Positions 24,637 through 33,183 of a DNA stretch of 47,146 nt are shown piece after piece. The notes under the pieces were generated by a model. It worked only from the letters and a program-made list of their open reading frames with translations, ran no database searches and was not told the DNA's origin. Each line of letters opens with the position of its first letter. Position 1 is the stretch's first letter. Origin of the DNA: a virus (Duplodnaviria; Caudoviricetes). The position numbers and the translations under genes were made by a program. The stretch is taken from the IMG/VR virus record IMGVR_UViG_3300044878_000075, positions 1-47,146 of that record; one strand, 5' to 3'.

Positions 24637-24758
24637 CCTACAAGGCCGCAATATGGTCCGCCATCATCGGCGAGGCTGATAAGTTTGGGCGTCGGATTAC
24701 GCGGGCTAAGCGTGATCGGTATATGAAATTGGCAGCCTACTGGAGCAAGGTGCAATGA
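24633..24758 (+). CDS. 41-aa basic protein (not in ORF track)
   Basis: MTYKAAIWSAIIGEADKFGRR...; ATGA overlaps at both ends. Confidence 0.6.
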   Translation: MTYKAAIWSAIIGEADKFGRRITRAKRDRYMKLAAYWSKVQ

Positions 24759-24985
24759 GCGAGTTTGAAGATAGCCCGGCATTCCCAATAATTCATCCGG
24801 ACGGCAGCGGTGTTCAGTATTACGGAATGACGCTGCGCGATTGCTTCGCTGCTAAGGCTATGGCAATGTTCCACGGAATGGATGTAACTTGTGAAGCCGA
24901 TATTCGTCGCCGGCTAGACTTCTCGGAAGCTGCATCTCTATCCTACCAATATGCAGACGCAATGCTAAAGGAGCGCGCTAAGTGA
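24755..24985 (+). CDS. Hypothetical protein (PAFP...GMTLRD.FAAKAM...ADAML family)
   Basis: Widespread phage motif. Confidence 0.85.
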   Translation: MSEFEDSPAFPIIHPDGSGVQYYGMTLRDCFAAKAMAMFHGMDVTCEADIRRRLDFSEAASLSYQYADAMLKERAK

Positions 24986-25878
24986 CGATAATGGAGCAAG
25001 ACAGCTGGATCAACGCAGCGGAAGCGCAGGTTAATCATGCACCAACCAGAATTGCACTCGGCCTACACGAAGGCTTGAGCAACCACGATTACCACGCAGA
25101 CGAAGCAGTCGGCAGCACAGGTCTTAAGCGAATCCTCGTAAGCCCTGCACACTTCCGCTACCCGAACCCATTCAACGCGACTCGGGCCAAGGAGATAGGC
25201 AGCGCGATTCATTGCCGAATCCTTGAGTCGGATCGCTGGGATAAGGATTACAAGGTGGTTGAGTGCGATGCTCGTACTTCGGCGCTGTATAAGGCTGCGT
25301 GCAAAGACCATCCGAAAGAGCGCGTGCTGACTTCGGGTGAATACGAGAACGTCTTGGGCATGCAGAAGGGGTGCATGCGTAACCCGAGATTCCGAGAGAT
25401 CATCGAGTCAGAAGGCAAATACGAGCTTAGCTTGTTCACTAATGATCCAGAGACTGGCGTCCCCGTAAAGGTTCGCTATGACAAGCTTGACACAAACATT
25501 CTTCTGCCCTTCGATCTGAAAAAAACGCAGAAAGCAGACCGCTACAATTTCAGCAAGGCGATTCAGTCTTACGGTTATCACATCAGCGCCGCACTCTACA
25601 CAAAAGCCTGGGAGTGGCAGTACGGCGAAAAGATGCAGCGGATGCATTGGGGCGCGATTGAAGAGCAATCCCCGCACATCGCCATGGTCTATCGGCCTGA
25701 TGACGAGATGATGGTTGTCGCGGATATGCTTTTGCGGCAGGCGCTAATTACTTATGCAGAATGCCTTGACACAGATAACTGGCACGGATACCTTGACGAC
25801 TCTGAAGAAATAAGTCTGCCGCAATGGGCGCTAGAACAATCAGACGAAGTAGAAATCGATTTTGGAGATGAAGAATGA
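24982..25878 (+). CDS. RecE/ExoVIII-like PD-(D/E)XK exonuclease (DUF3799-like)
   Basis: YHA...S.LK, GSAIH..ILE, KVRYD, DLKKT, YGYH.SAALY. Confidence 0.9.
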   Translation: MTIMEQDSWINAAEAQVNHAPTRIALGLHEGLSNHDYHADEAVGSTGLKRILVSPAHFRYPNPFNATRAKEIGSAIHCRILESDRWDKDYKVVECDARTSALYKAACKDHPKERVLTSGEYENVLGMQKGCMRNPRFREIIESEGKYELSLFTNDPETGVPVKVRYDKLDTNILLPFDLKKTQKADRYNFSKAIQSYGYHISAALYTKAWEWQYGEKMQRMHWGAIEEQSPHIAMVYRPDDEMMVVADMLLRQALITYAECLDTDNWHGYLDDSEEISLPQWALEQSDEVEIDFGDEE

Positions 25879-26459
25879 CGCAGGACGTAGATATTCGCGC
25901 AGCAACCAAGCCCAAGAGCGACCAGCTCAACTACGAAAATTTTATCTCTGGTCCGCAGACTTTCACCGTAGCCAAAGTGACTCCAGGTGATCGCGATCAT
26001 CCTGTGTTTGTGCATATGGTTGAGTGTCCGGCAACGCCGTATAAGCCGTCCAAGGGCATGCTGAAATGCCTCGCATCTCCTGACGGATGGGGCGACAAGT
26101 CTAGCCAGTGGACTGGCAAAGCAATCACCTTGTACGGCGATCCAACCGTTATCTATGGTGGCGTAGAGGTAGGAGGCATCAAGGTTGGTGCGCTTGAGGG
26201 AATTCAGTCAGATTACGAGACTCTTATCAGCGCTCGTCGCGGTGTTCGTAAGCCGCACCTGATCAAAAAACTCGAAGTCGCCTACTATGATCCGGCCAAG
26301 TTTGATGCTAACCTTCCGGCCTGGATCGCAGCTATCGATGCTGGCAAGGCTACGGCAGACGCGATCATCGCCAAGGTAGAGCAGTCCGGAAAGCTCACTG
26401 ACGAGCAGAAACAGAAGATTCGAACACCAGCATTTCAATCTGAAGGAGTTGCACAATAA
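25875..26459 (+). CDS. Unknown protein, candidate single-strand annealing protein
   Basis: Lies between exonuclease and ssb; KPKSDQLN motif. Confidence 0.6.
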   Translation: MTQDVDIRAATKPKSDQLNYENFISGPQTFTVAKVTPGDRDHPVFVHMVECPATPYKPSKGMLKCLASPDGWGDKSSQWTGKAITLYGDPTVIYGGVEVGGIKVGALEGIQSDYETLISARRGVRKPHLIKKLEVAYYDPAKFDANLPAWIAAIDAGKATADAIIAKVEQSGKLTDEQKQKIRTPAFQSEGVAQ

Positions 26460-26902
26460 TGGCTCGCGGCGTAAATCGAGTAATTCTCATCGGCACATTG
26501 GGTCAAGACCCAGAAGTCAAATATCTAACCAATGGCAATGCCGTATGCAACCTGAGCTTAGCCACTAGCGAGCAGTGGAAAGACAAGCAGTCAGGGGAGA
26601 AGAAAGAAACCACCGAATGGCATAGGGTTGTTCTGTTTGGCAAGGTGGCCGAGATCGCGGGGGAGTACTGCCGCAAAGGAGGACAGGTCTACATCGAAGG
26701 CAAGCTAAAGACCCGTGAATGGGAGAAAGACGGTATCAAACGCCATTCAACTGAGATCGTGGTTGATATGCAGGGCACTATGCAATTGCTTGGCGGCAAG
26801 CCTGCTGATGGTGGTCAGCAGCAATCTCGGCCACAGCAGCAGTCACGTCCAGCGCAACAACCTGCACCTGATGACGATCTAGATAGCCAGATCCCATTCT
26901 GA
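26459..26902 (+). CDS. ssb: Single-stranded DNA-binding protein
   Basis: [23 protein letters not shown], acidic tail ending IPF. Confidence 0.97.
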   Translation: MARGVNRVILIGTLGQDPEVKYLTNGNAVCNLSLATSEQWKDKQSGEKKETTEWHRVVLFGKVAEIAGEYCRKGGQVYIEGKLKTREWEKDGIKRHSTEIVVDMQGTMQLLGGKPADGGQQQSRPQQQSRPAQQPAPDDDLDSQIPF

Positions 26903-26953
26903 CCTAACAAAGCCCCGCTAACCACGGGGCAATCCAAATGCCTGGAGGGGCGC

Positions 26954-27139
26954 ATGAGAAAGCTGAATCACAACGCACTACTGACACACGACGACGCAGA
27001 GAAAATCCGCGAGCTTAGCGAATGGAAGAAAGCAGAGATTGCGCGAATCATGTCAATTGCAGGTAACAAGGCATTAGCAGAGAAATTTGGAGTTTCGCCT
27101 ACCTGCATATCTCACGTTCTCAATTATAGGACTTGGTGA
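26954..27139 (+). CDS. Small HTH protein
   Basis: LAEKFGVSPTCISHVL. Confidence 0.75.
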   Translation: MRKLNHNALLTHDDAEKIRELSEWKKAEIARIMSIAGNKALAEKFGVSPTCISHVLNYRTW

Positions 27140-27660
27140 TGATTAAGGCTGGCTCGGTAATCAAAAAGGTCGAGCAAGAATACGGCGAGCCGTTTTGGGA
27201 TGTTGTTGCGGCGTATGCAGCAGACGGCAACTCTCTCACAACGACAGCTAAAATACTTGGCTATACAAACGCATCAACGCTTTGGTATCTGATAAACCGG
27301 CACAAAAAGGAAATCAGCTTTCCGAAGCTTGGACAATGTAACGCGATGCAGAATCCAGGGCCGATGCGTGAATCTTCAAGGATTCTCATATCGAAGGGAA
27401 GGATCGAATCCGACTTCAGCGCTGGCGGTCAGTATGAGCGGCGCACTGGAGAGCCAGCTATCGATGCAATCAGAAGAATGGCGCCAACGCATACGATTAC
27501 GGAGGTCGCTAGGTTTCTAGGATGGAACAATGTAACGCCAATGCGGGCATGGATGAAGCTTCGAGGATATGAAGTCACATTCAAGGCAGCAAAATTAACT
27601 CCGCCAAGGAGAAAGCCTTGGTGCGATATTGATTTGAGGGGAGCTAAGAAACGTGCCTAG
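27139..27660 (+). CDS. Tandem-HTH protein, paralog A
   Basis: SLTTTAKILGY and TITEVARFLGW; TGATG coupling. Confidence 0.75.
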   Translation: MIKAGSVIKKVEQEYGEPFWDVVAAYAADGNSLTTTAKILGYTNASTLWYLINRHKKEISFPKLGQCNAMQNPGPMRESSRILISKGRIESDFSAGGQYERRTGEPAIDAIRRMAPTHTITEVARFLGWNNVTPMRAWMKLRGYEVTFKAAKLTPPRRKPWCDIDLRGAKKRA

Positions 27661-28144
27661 ATCAATCGTAAAAGAAGTCGAACATGAGTATGGTCAGTCG
27701 TTTTGGGAAGTTGTGCGCGGATTTGCTAGTGATGGGCACAGCATTCACGCAACTGCGACTCTGCTTGGATACTCAAGCGATACACCATTTCGCCGAATGA
27801 TCCAGCGTCATGGTGTTCAGATTGAATTTGCCTCAGCTCAAGAATCGGTATTCCAGGTTGAGGCACGTATTCAGCGTCGAGGGAAATGTACTGATCGTCA
27901 AAGAGATGGCGCTATGATCGCATCACTTGCTAACCCAAATTACAAGAGTATTGAGGTGCTTGGAATCATCGATACTCTTGCCGGTCATGCTAGGAGGGTT
28001 GGCCTATCACGATCAACTGTTTACAAGCGTTATGCGCGCAGACCTGATGATCTTGATTACGTATTCTCTACAAGCATGCAATACGTAAATCCTCCGAAAC
28101 GAAATGGCTGGGGTCCTATTGATTTTTCTCGGAAATCGCACTAA
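27653..28144 (+). CDS. Tandem-HTH protein, paralog B
   Basis: SIHATATLLGY and LAGHARRVGLSRSTVYKR. Confidence 0.75.
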   Translation: MPRSIVKEVEHEYGQSFWEVVRGFASDGHSIHATATLLGYSSDTPFRRMIQRHGVQIEFASAQESVFQVEARIQRRGKCTDRQRDGAMIASLANPNYKSIEVLGIIDTLAGHARRVGLSRSTVYKRYARRPDDLDYVFSTSMQYVNPPKRNGWGPIDFSRKSH

Positions 28145-28391
28145 TCAAAGCATCATGCCGCTCAGAACACTCTCTAAGCGCCGCACCCCACTCAGTCAAA
28201 GCAGTCAGCGCATCCTTACCTGTTACGCCTTCTAGATCATTTGGAATCCGGCAAGGCGTCAACAGGCTTGCTTGTGATGCGCCCGTTCTTTGCGTCGTTT
28301 GCGAGCTGCACGCCACTAGGCTCCAAGCAAATATTCCGATAAACAGGCATCTCAACGATTTTTTCGCGCTCACGGATGATAGTGTTTTCAT
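28116..28391 (-). CDS. Rz1: o-spanin (Rz1-like lipoprotein)
   Basis: Lipobox LVAC; LLTPC...C..RH; overlaps Rz in another frame. Confidence 0.8.
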   Translation of the reverse strand: MKTLSSVSAKKSLRCLFIGIFAWSLVACSSQTTQRTGASQASLLTPCRIPNDLEGVTGKDALTALTEWGAALRECSERHDALISAISEKNQ

Positions 28392-28608
28392 TTGCTCGAA
28401 GCTCCGATAGGCGAACTTCCCACGCCTTAGCTATTGATTCGTCTGCCTTGTTTGCTGCAATAACCGAGAATGCCGCACCAAGCTTCTCATTGGCCCGATC
28501 AGTCGCAATCCTCGACACGCTAGCATCATGCCAAAGCCAAACGACTATCGAGCCGCATGCGATGCCTGAGATGAAGCGCCAGGGTAGCGCGGATAGCCAG
28601 AGCGGCAT
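28237..28608 (-). CDS. Rz: i-spanin (Rz-like)
   Basis: N-terminal TM, coiled coil, PVYRN.C. Confidence 0.8.
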   Translation of the reverse strand: MPLWLSALPWRFISGIACGSIVVWLWHDASVSRIATDRANEKLGAAFSVIAANKADESIAKAWEVRLSELRANENTIIREREKIVEMPVYRNICLEPSGVQLANDAKNGRITSKPVDALPDSK

Positions 28609-28612
28609 TAGT

Positions 28613-28626
28613 GTTCTCCAGAGAAT
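28613..28626. repeat. Motif copy GTTCTCCAGAGAAT, overlapping the Rz SD
   Basis: Fills the endolysin-Rz intergenic space. Confidence 0.75.
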
Positions 28627-28629
28627 AGT

Positions 28630-29049
28630 TCAGGCGAGCGCACGGCGAACACCTTCAGACAGAATCGCGTCAGGGTATTCATAGTTCGAATTCTCATGCC
28701 GAATGATCGCCTTGATCATCCCTTTCAGAATGTCATGTTCTCGCAAGTCGATTTCAGCGCCAGGTTTCGTGTTCGTGTACGTTTCAACCGACTTAACGTA
28801 CGCGTTCGTATTGTTCTCTGTCGCTGGCGCCCATCGACTGATGATCGCCTTGACTGTCTTCAGGCCATGCTTTCGTTGATATGTCTGCAACAGCTTGCCT
28901 AGCGCACGAATCCCATTCTCTGGCGTATCGAACCGGCAGAATCGAGGTTCGACGGTCTTGTCTACCTTGAGCTGACCCTGCCAGTTGTTGGCTGGGTTGT
29001 AGTCGATGTTGCCTGGATTGTTGTTCCGGATACCGCGAGCTACTGACAT
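28630..29049 (-). CDS. Putative endolysin (RNNNPGNI family)
   Basis: RGIRNNNPGNI...F.TPE.G.RA...WAP..EN.T.AY; directly upstream of spanins. Confidence 0.8.
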   Translation of the reverse strand: MSVARGIRNNNPGNIDYNPANNWQGQLKVDKTVEPRFCRFDTPENGIRALGKLLQTYQRKHGLKTVKAIISRWAPATENNTNAYVKSVETYTNTKPGAEIDLREHDILKGMIKAIIRHENSNYEYPDAILSEGVRRALA

Positions 29050-29076
29050 GACATCACCATGGAAAAATATATCCTA

Positions 29077-29123
29077 AGTTTACCCGAAATAACTTGCGCG
29101 AATTCCTGTCTTCGGCTTACAAT
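29077..29123. promoter_or_regulatory. Divergent pair: GGGTAAACT (minus, lysis) and TTGCGC-18-TACAAT (plus)
   Basis: Same 8-nt offset as other pairs; weaker consensus. Confidence 0.5.
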
Positions 29124-29150
29124 CCGCTTAAGCCAACAGGAGCAGTACCA

Positions 29151-29402
29151 ATGCACACAGGCAACCAAGAACGATTCGTAAAAGAGATTCATAAGTCAAT
29201 TTCATTCGCTGACGACAAATTCCAACGCTCACGAACCAGCGAGTACAAGCATATCTTCGGCATGCTGCGCGGTGCCCTGCTGATGGGGCTTCCATACGAC
29301 ATCTACTCGTCTTTGTACCGGCACGTTTGGGACTGCAAATTCGACATGGACGGCGTAGACATGGAAGATCCGGAACAGGCTGAATTGGATATGGAGGATT
29401 GA
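29151..29402 (+). CDS. Hypothetical protein
   Basis: AGGAG SD before ATG 29151. Confidence 0.75.
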   Translation: MHTGNQERFVKEIHKSISFADDKFQRSRTSEYKHIFGMLRGALLMGLPYDIYSSLYRHVWDCKFDMDGVDMEDPEQAELDMED

Positions 29403-29404
29403 CA

Positions 29405-29578
29405 ATGAGCTCTCGCACCGTAATCGTCATCGTTGTATTGCTGGTAGTTGGCTTCTTTGTATCTAATCGCATGAGCTATCAAGACGGCCTTGATGATCAG
29501 GTATTAAAGTGCCAGATGATCTCTGAAGGCGCATGGCCTAATGTTGACGGTTACTTTGAGCGGGTGTGTAAATCATGA
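29405..29578 (+). CDS. 57-aa membrane-anchored protein (not in ORF track)
   Basis: GGAGG SD; N-terminal TM; C.MI..G.WP motif. Confidence 0.7.
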   Translation: MSSRTVIVIVVLLVVGFFVSNRMSYQDGLDDQVLKCQMISEGAWPNVDGYFERVCKS

Positions 29579-29667
29579 GCTGGATTATCGGGTATGCACT
29601 TTTCATCGCTGTTATGTGCCGATTTCTGCATAACTGCAAACCCACCGAATCGGGAGCAAGCGAATGA
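29575..29667 (+). CDS. 30-aa hydrophobic peptide (not in ORF track)
   Basis: MSWIIGYALFIAVMCRFLHNCK...; ATGA overlaps at both ends. Confidence 0.55.
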   Translation: MSWIIGYALFIAVMCRFLHNCKPTESGASE

Positions 29668-30140
29668 GCAGTAAAATTGAAATCCGCAAGTTGGCCGAAC
29701 TGGCTTGCGGCACGTCGCAGGATTCGCCTGAGCACAAGCGCTTCATCGCAGCTATGAATCCAACGTTGTTACTGGACTTGACCGCCCCTGTCGTCGAGCG
29801 CCAGCAACCTGAGCCTGTAGGCGTCTTGATGCTCGGCGAAGTGTTCAATGGCACTCAGGGCCTAGAGCTGGATGATTGGGATGTCGACTGGTATCGGAAG
29901 CCTATCGACGAATTGAACGCAGCAAATCCTGGAGCACAACTGAAGCTGTATGTTGAGCCGCCCGAACTCGCCGAACTGCAAGCCACCATCGCCAAGCAGG
30001 CGGCCGAAATCGAGCGGCTGAAGGGCGGGCAGCGTGAACCAGTGGCCTATCTGCGCAACGAAGGCACTCCAAACAACTTGGTCATGAGCGGGTTTGGCCA
30101 GCCTGGCGCTTTTAAGGTATTCAGGGAATTTAATCAATGA
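29664..30140 (+). CDS. Ead/Ea22-like protein
   Basis: RFIAAMNPTLLLDL plus coiled coil. Confidence 0.65.
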   Translation: MSSKIEIRKLAELACGTSQDSPEHKRFIAAMNPTLLLDLTAPVVERQQPEPVGVLMLGEVFNGTQGLELDDWDVDWYRKPIDELNAANPGAQLKLYVEPPELAELQATIAKQAAEIERLKGGQREPVAYLRNEGTPNNLVMSGFGQPGAFKVFREFNQ

Positions 30141-30478
30141 GATCAGTCTACGGCAAGGACTGCGCTAAACATCCAGAATTTGCTGGTCGCCGCTACTTGC
30201 CGAATAACAACTGTATCGGCTGCCATCGCGAGTCGATGAAAGAACAGAGTCAGCGGCGAAAGGCTGACATGATCGCACGTGATGAGCGACTAGCATTGCT
30301 GGAAATAGAGGTAGCATCACTGCGAAATGCGAAAGCTGGTATTGCTCCTGAAATTCCTGCATTGCGCGCAGAGCTAGTAAGCTCCAAGGCTCTATCATTG
30401 AGTCATGAATTAAACCTGACGCGTGCGAATCGTTACATTGAAAGGCTTGAAGCATTGCTTGAAGCATCGGGGAAATAG
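30137..30478 (+). CDS. Cys/His-motif plus coiled-coil protein
   Basis: YGKDCAKH...RY...NNCIGC resembles the repeats in the HNH protein. Confidence 0.75.
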   Translation: MRSVYGKDCAKHPEFAGRRYLPNNNCIGCHRESMKEQSQRRKADMIARDERLALLEIEVASLRNAKAGIAPEIPALRAELVSSKALSLSHELNLTRANRYIERLEALLEASGK

Positions 30479-30480
30479 TC

Positions 30481-30687
30481 GTGCAGCACAAGATACTATC
30501 AAACCAATTTTACCTTGAAGGCAAGTTAGCGTTTCTGGAGAATAAACATGAGTGTCCATATCTGCCAGGACCAGAGAAAGGAATGTGGCTCGCAGGCGTT
30601 GCAGAGATGCGCGAAGAACTTAGAGTTCTCGGAGAAAGTATGCGCGTGCAAGCACGAGCTTCTGGGAACGGGCGCAATTTTCCTTAG
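30481..30687 (+). CDS. Hypothetical protein (EG..AF....CPY.....W..G, Rmf/CrpP-fold-like)
   Basis: Motif resemblance only. Confidence 0.55.
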   Translation: MQHKILSNQFYLEGKLAFLENKHECPYLPGPEKGMWLAGVAEMREELRVLGESMRVQARASGNGRNFP

Positions 30688-30750
30688 AAGCTACGGCTAT
30701 CTGTTTTGCAATGAATGTCATGGATTGCAGAAGATTACAGGAGAAATAAA

Positions 30751-30951
30751 ATGATTGGGATCTTCATTGCTTTATGGTGGGCATCCGGTATAGCTGGATT
30801 CATTTATTGGTGGACCTCTGAATTTGATTTCGAGGTGGTTGACATAATTCCAGTTATCTTTGTTGGCTCTCTAGGTCCGCTGGCATTTATATTCGGATGC
30901 ATTGCGCACAACACTGACTCAATAATTATTAAGGGACGGAAAAGTAAATGA
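30751..30951 (+). CDS. Small membrane protein
   Basis: AGGAG SD, two TM segments. Confidence 0.7.
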   Translation: MIGIFIALWWASGIAGFIYWWTSEFDFEVVDIIPVIFVGSLGPLAFIFGCIAHNTDSIIIKGRKSK

Positions 30952-31145
30952 GCGAATGGATCAGGGTGCTAGATAGGAAGCCAGCCGAACACACTGATGT
31001 TATCGTGTGGTCCAGAGGAAACGAGCCAGCATGCGCGTATCTTCGGCATAATGAGTGGAGGGCGTCCGGGGTAGAATCTGATTGCGGTATTTATCTTGAC
31101 GGCGAACCATCACACTGGCATGAAATACCGGAGCTTCCACAATGA
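30948..31145 (+). CDS. DUF551-family protein
   Basis: WI.V.DR.P...SHW..IP..P. Confidence 0.8.
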   Translation: MSEWIRVLDRKPAEHTDVIVWSRGNEPACAYLRHNEWRASGVESDCGIYLDGEPSHWHEIPELPQ

Positions 31146-31336
31146 GCCAACGAATAAAGCTAAAGTTCTATCCATTCCCTGATATGGTTGCCGACATTGT
31201 TTGCGAGCTAGAAGGTCACGGATTCAATATCCAAATGGAGCCATGCGCAGAGACTGATCATTACGTGATGATCGCAGAACTAGCGCACGAAGGAGAGGAG
31301 CCGGAGCTATTATCGAAGCCGCCAACTCTGCACTAA
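31142..31336 (+). CDS. Hypothetical acidic protein
   Basis: Coupled ORF ending at terminator. Confidence 0.7.
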   Translation: MSQRIKLKFYPFPDMVADIVCELEGHGFNIQMEPCAETDHYVMIAELAHEGEEPELLSKPPTLH

Positions 31337-31338
31337 AA

Positions 31339-31366
31339 GAAACCCCGCTTATTAGGCGGGGTTTTT
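31339..31366. terminator. Bidirectional terminator between early and tail operons
   Basis: AAACCCCGC-loop-GCGGGGTTT-TT. Confidence 0.85.
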
Positions 31367-31368
31367 GT

Positions 31369-33144
31369 TTATATGCTTATCTGGAGTCGCCCGGTAAGCG
31401 TGTCACCTGAAAGTTCGGTGTAGGTATAGGCAGTTCCTTGTTTGTCCTTACAAACAGCAAACGATGTAGCCGTACACCCATTCCCGGCGCCAGTCCCGCC
31501 AATCAGATATACCTCTCCAACTTGGCTTGTGAGAGTGACAGACCCACCGAAAATACTGTTTACTGAGTTTACTGGTAGCCCAGTAATAACCACCGGACTA
31601 CCAGATGCCGATCCGAAAGTTATGGAGAAATCAGCAAACAAGATAGCGCCACTTCTTCGGTATGTTGAGAATGCGAATGTACCAGTACCCGCCGAAGTTG
31701 CAGCAGGCCAGGTTCCGCGAGCGCGATCAGCGGAGTAAGGCATTTTGTAGACTGCTAGGTTTGCGGTGTCACCCATTGACAGCAAATTTGCCGCAGTATC
31801 AATTGCTGGAAGCAATGAGTTGTCGTGCAATCTGCCGTTGAATGCGCTGTTGCCGATACTAACTGGCGCAGAAGTGTTGCTCCAGTTGATTTCATAGAAA
31901 TTAGTGTTTGCAACGTTGGCGGCCGTACTTGTTATCCATGTGCCGATAACCGTGATATTTGTGTTGGGCGCACCAGCACCGAATTCAAGAAATGACTGAC
32001 TGTTACCTTCACCATAATACCCCGACACGAGAAGACTTCTCGCCAGTCCGGCTGTTACAAGGCCGCCGCCACTGCCCTCATGGACTCCACCTCGAAATCT
32101 CACCGAGTAGCAGCCGTTAGGCATCACCACCAGGTAGCCAATGCCGAACTCGGATATGCAACCATCGAAGTCGATATCGAAACCATGGTCCGCGACGAAC
32201 CAGCTTGAATCCCAAGCGCGGATGTTGCAATTTGAAAAGAAGAACGACTGAGCATACACATCAGTAACCATAAACCGTACTTTGTAGAAGTAGCAGTTTA
32301 TGAACTTCATGCGCAGGAATTTTTTCGAGAGAACACGAGGACCAGTCAGATAATTATCACAGGCGAATCGGATGCCCTCAAAAGTCACGAATTCACTAAC
32401 CGGCGAGGTCGTCATGGCGATAGTAGATGTGAACATCTCGATATTGGTCGTCACGTAGAAGCCAGCATTCGGCCCCTTGGCGACAATCCTGAATTCGCTG
32501 GTGGTCGTGTCCACCATTCGGTCGATGTTAATTGATGCTGTAAGGCGGCACGGACCAGGGACTTCCATGGGTGGCCAGTTGTTAGCGGCGCAATAATCGA
32601 CCGTCTTCTGTACGGCTACTGTGTCATCCGCAACACCGTCACACACTGCGCCAAAGCGGCGAACACTCACTGCGTCGAGCAGGAGGAGCTCAGCAGTAAG
32701 AAGCACCTCGCCAGCGCCTGGCCCCTTAAAACCGATCATCGATGAGCCAGTCGCCGATGCTAAAGCAGAGCGCAGGCTTGAGTCCCCAACGTCGACCAGT
32801 AGCAATTGGTCAGTAGCCCAAGTACCGGTCAAGTTAAACGGAAAGCTAGCAGGCTGCTTGACCTTATAAACAGATCCGGCGCGGTCGATAAGCTGAGTAG
32901 GACGAAGAACAGTAAGCGGCGTACCATCAACGTAAGTGAGATGGGTCGCCTCAAACCCCATGGCCTCAAGAAAGTCCTGAACCATCTTCTCCATGCCCGC
33001 CCAAGTTTCACGGCGGCGCTTAAACCGGTCGTAGAAACTTGTCGACAGAGAGTTCATCCCCTCGTCAAAATTCGACGCGTTATCCGATAGGTCTTTGGCG
33101 GATGTAGAGCCTAATGGGTTTAGGGTGTTGTAGGTGTTGGTCAT
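31369..33144 (-). CDS. Tailspike 2 (beta-helix, pectate-lyase-like)
   Basis: YNT.NP.GS...DL.DNA N-terminus; VSVRRFGAVCDGVADDTVAVQ. Confidence 0.85.
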   Translation of the reverse strand: MTNTYNTLNPLGSTSAKDLSDNASNFDEGMNSLSTSFYDRFKRRRETWAGMEKMVQDFLEAMGFEATHLTYVDGTPLTVLRPTQLIDRAGSVYKVKQPASFPFNLTGTWATDQLLLVDVGDSSLRSALASATGSSMIGFKGPGAGEVLLTAELLLLDAVSVRRFGAVCDGVADDTVAVQKTVDYCAANNWPPMEVPGPCRLTASINIDRMVDTTTSEFRIVAKGPNAGFYVTTNIEMFTSTIAMTTSPVSEFVTFEGIRFACDNYLTGPRVLSKKFLRMKFINCYFYKVRFMVTDVYAQSFFFSNCNIRAWDSSWFVADHGFDIDFDGCISEFGIGYLVVMPNGCYSVRFRGGVHEGSGGGLVTAGLARSLLVSGYYGEGNSQSFLEFGAGAPNTNITVIGTWITSTAANVANTNFYEINWSNTSAPVSIGNSAFNGRLHDNSLLPAIDTAANLLSMGDTANLAVYKMPYSADRARGTWPAATSAGTGTFAFSTYRRSGAILFADFSITFGSASGSPVVITGLPVNSVNSIFGGSVTLTSQVGEVYLIGGTGAGNGCTATSFAVCKDKQGTAYTYTELSGDTLTGRLQISI

Positions 33145-33183
33145 TTTGGCTCTCTAATCAAAGTATGGCAGCTATACCTATTT

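Noticed and set aside
7649-28626. Palindromic motif as parS, attC or CRISPR repeat
   Set aside because: Differs from the parS consensus TGTTNCACGTGAAACA; no ParB, integron integrase or Cas gene; copies are dispersed
30525-30640. Two further near-copies of the palindromic motif (TTTCTGGAGAAT, GTTCTCGGAGAA)
   Set aside because: Need a gap or three or more mismatches and lie in coding sequence; not counted
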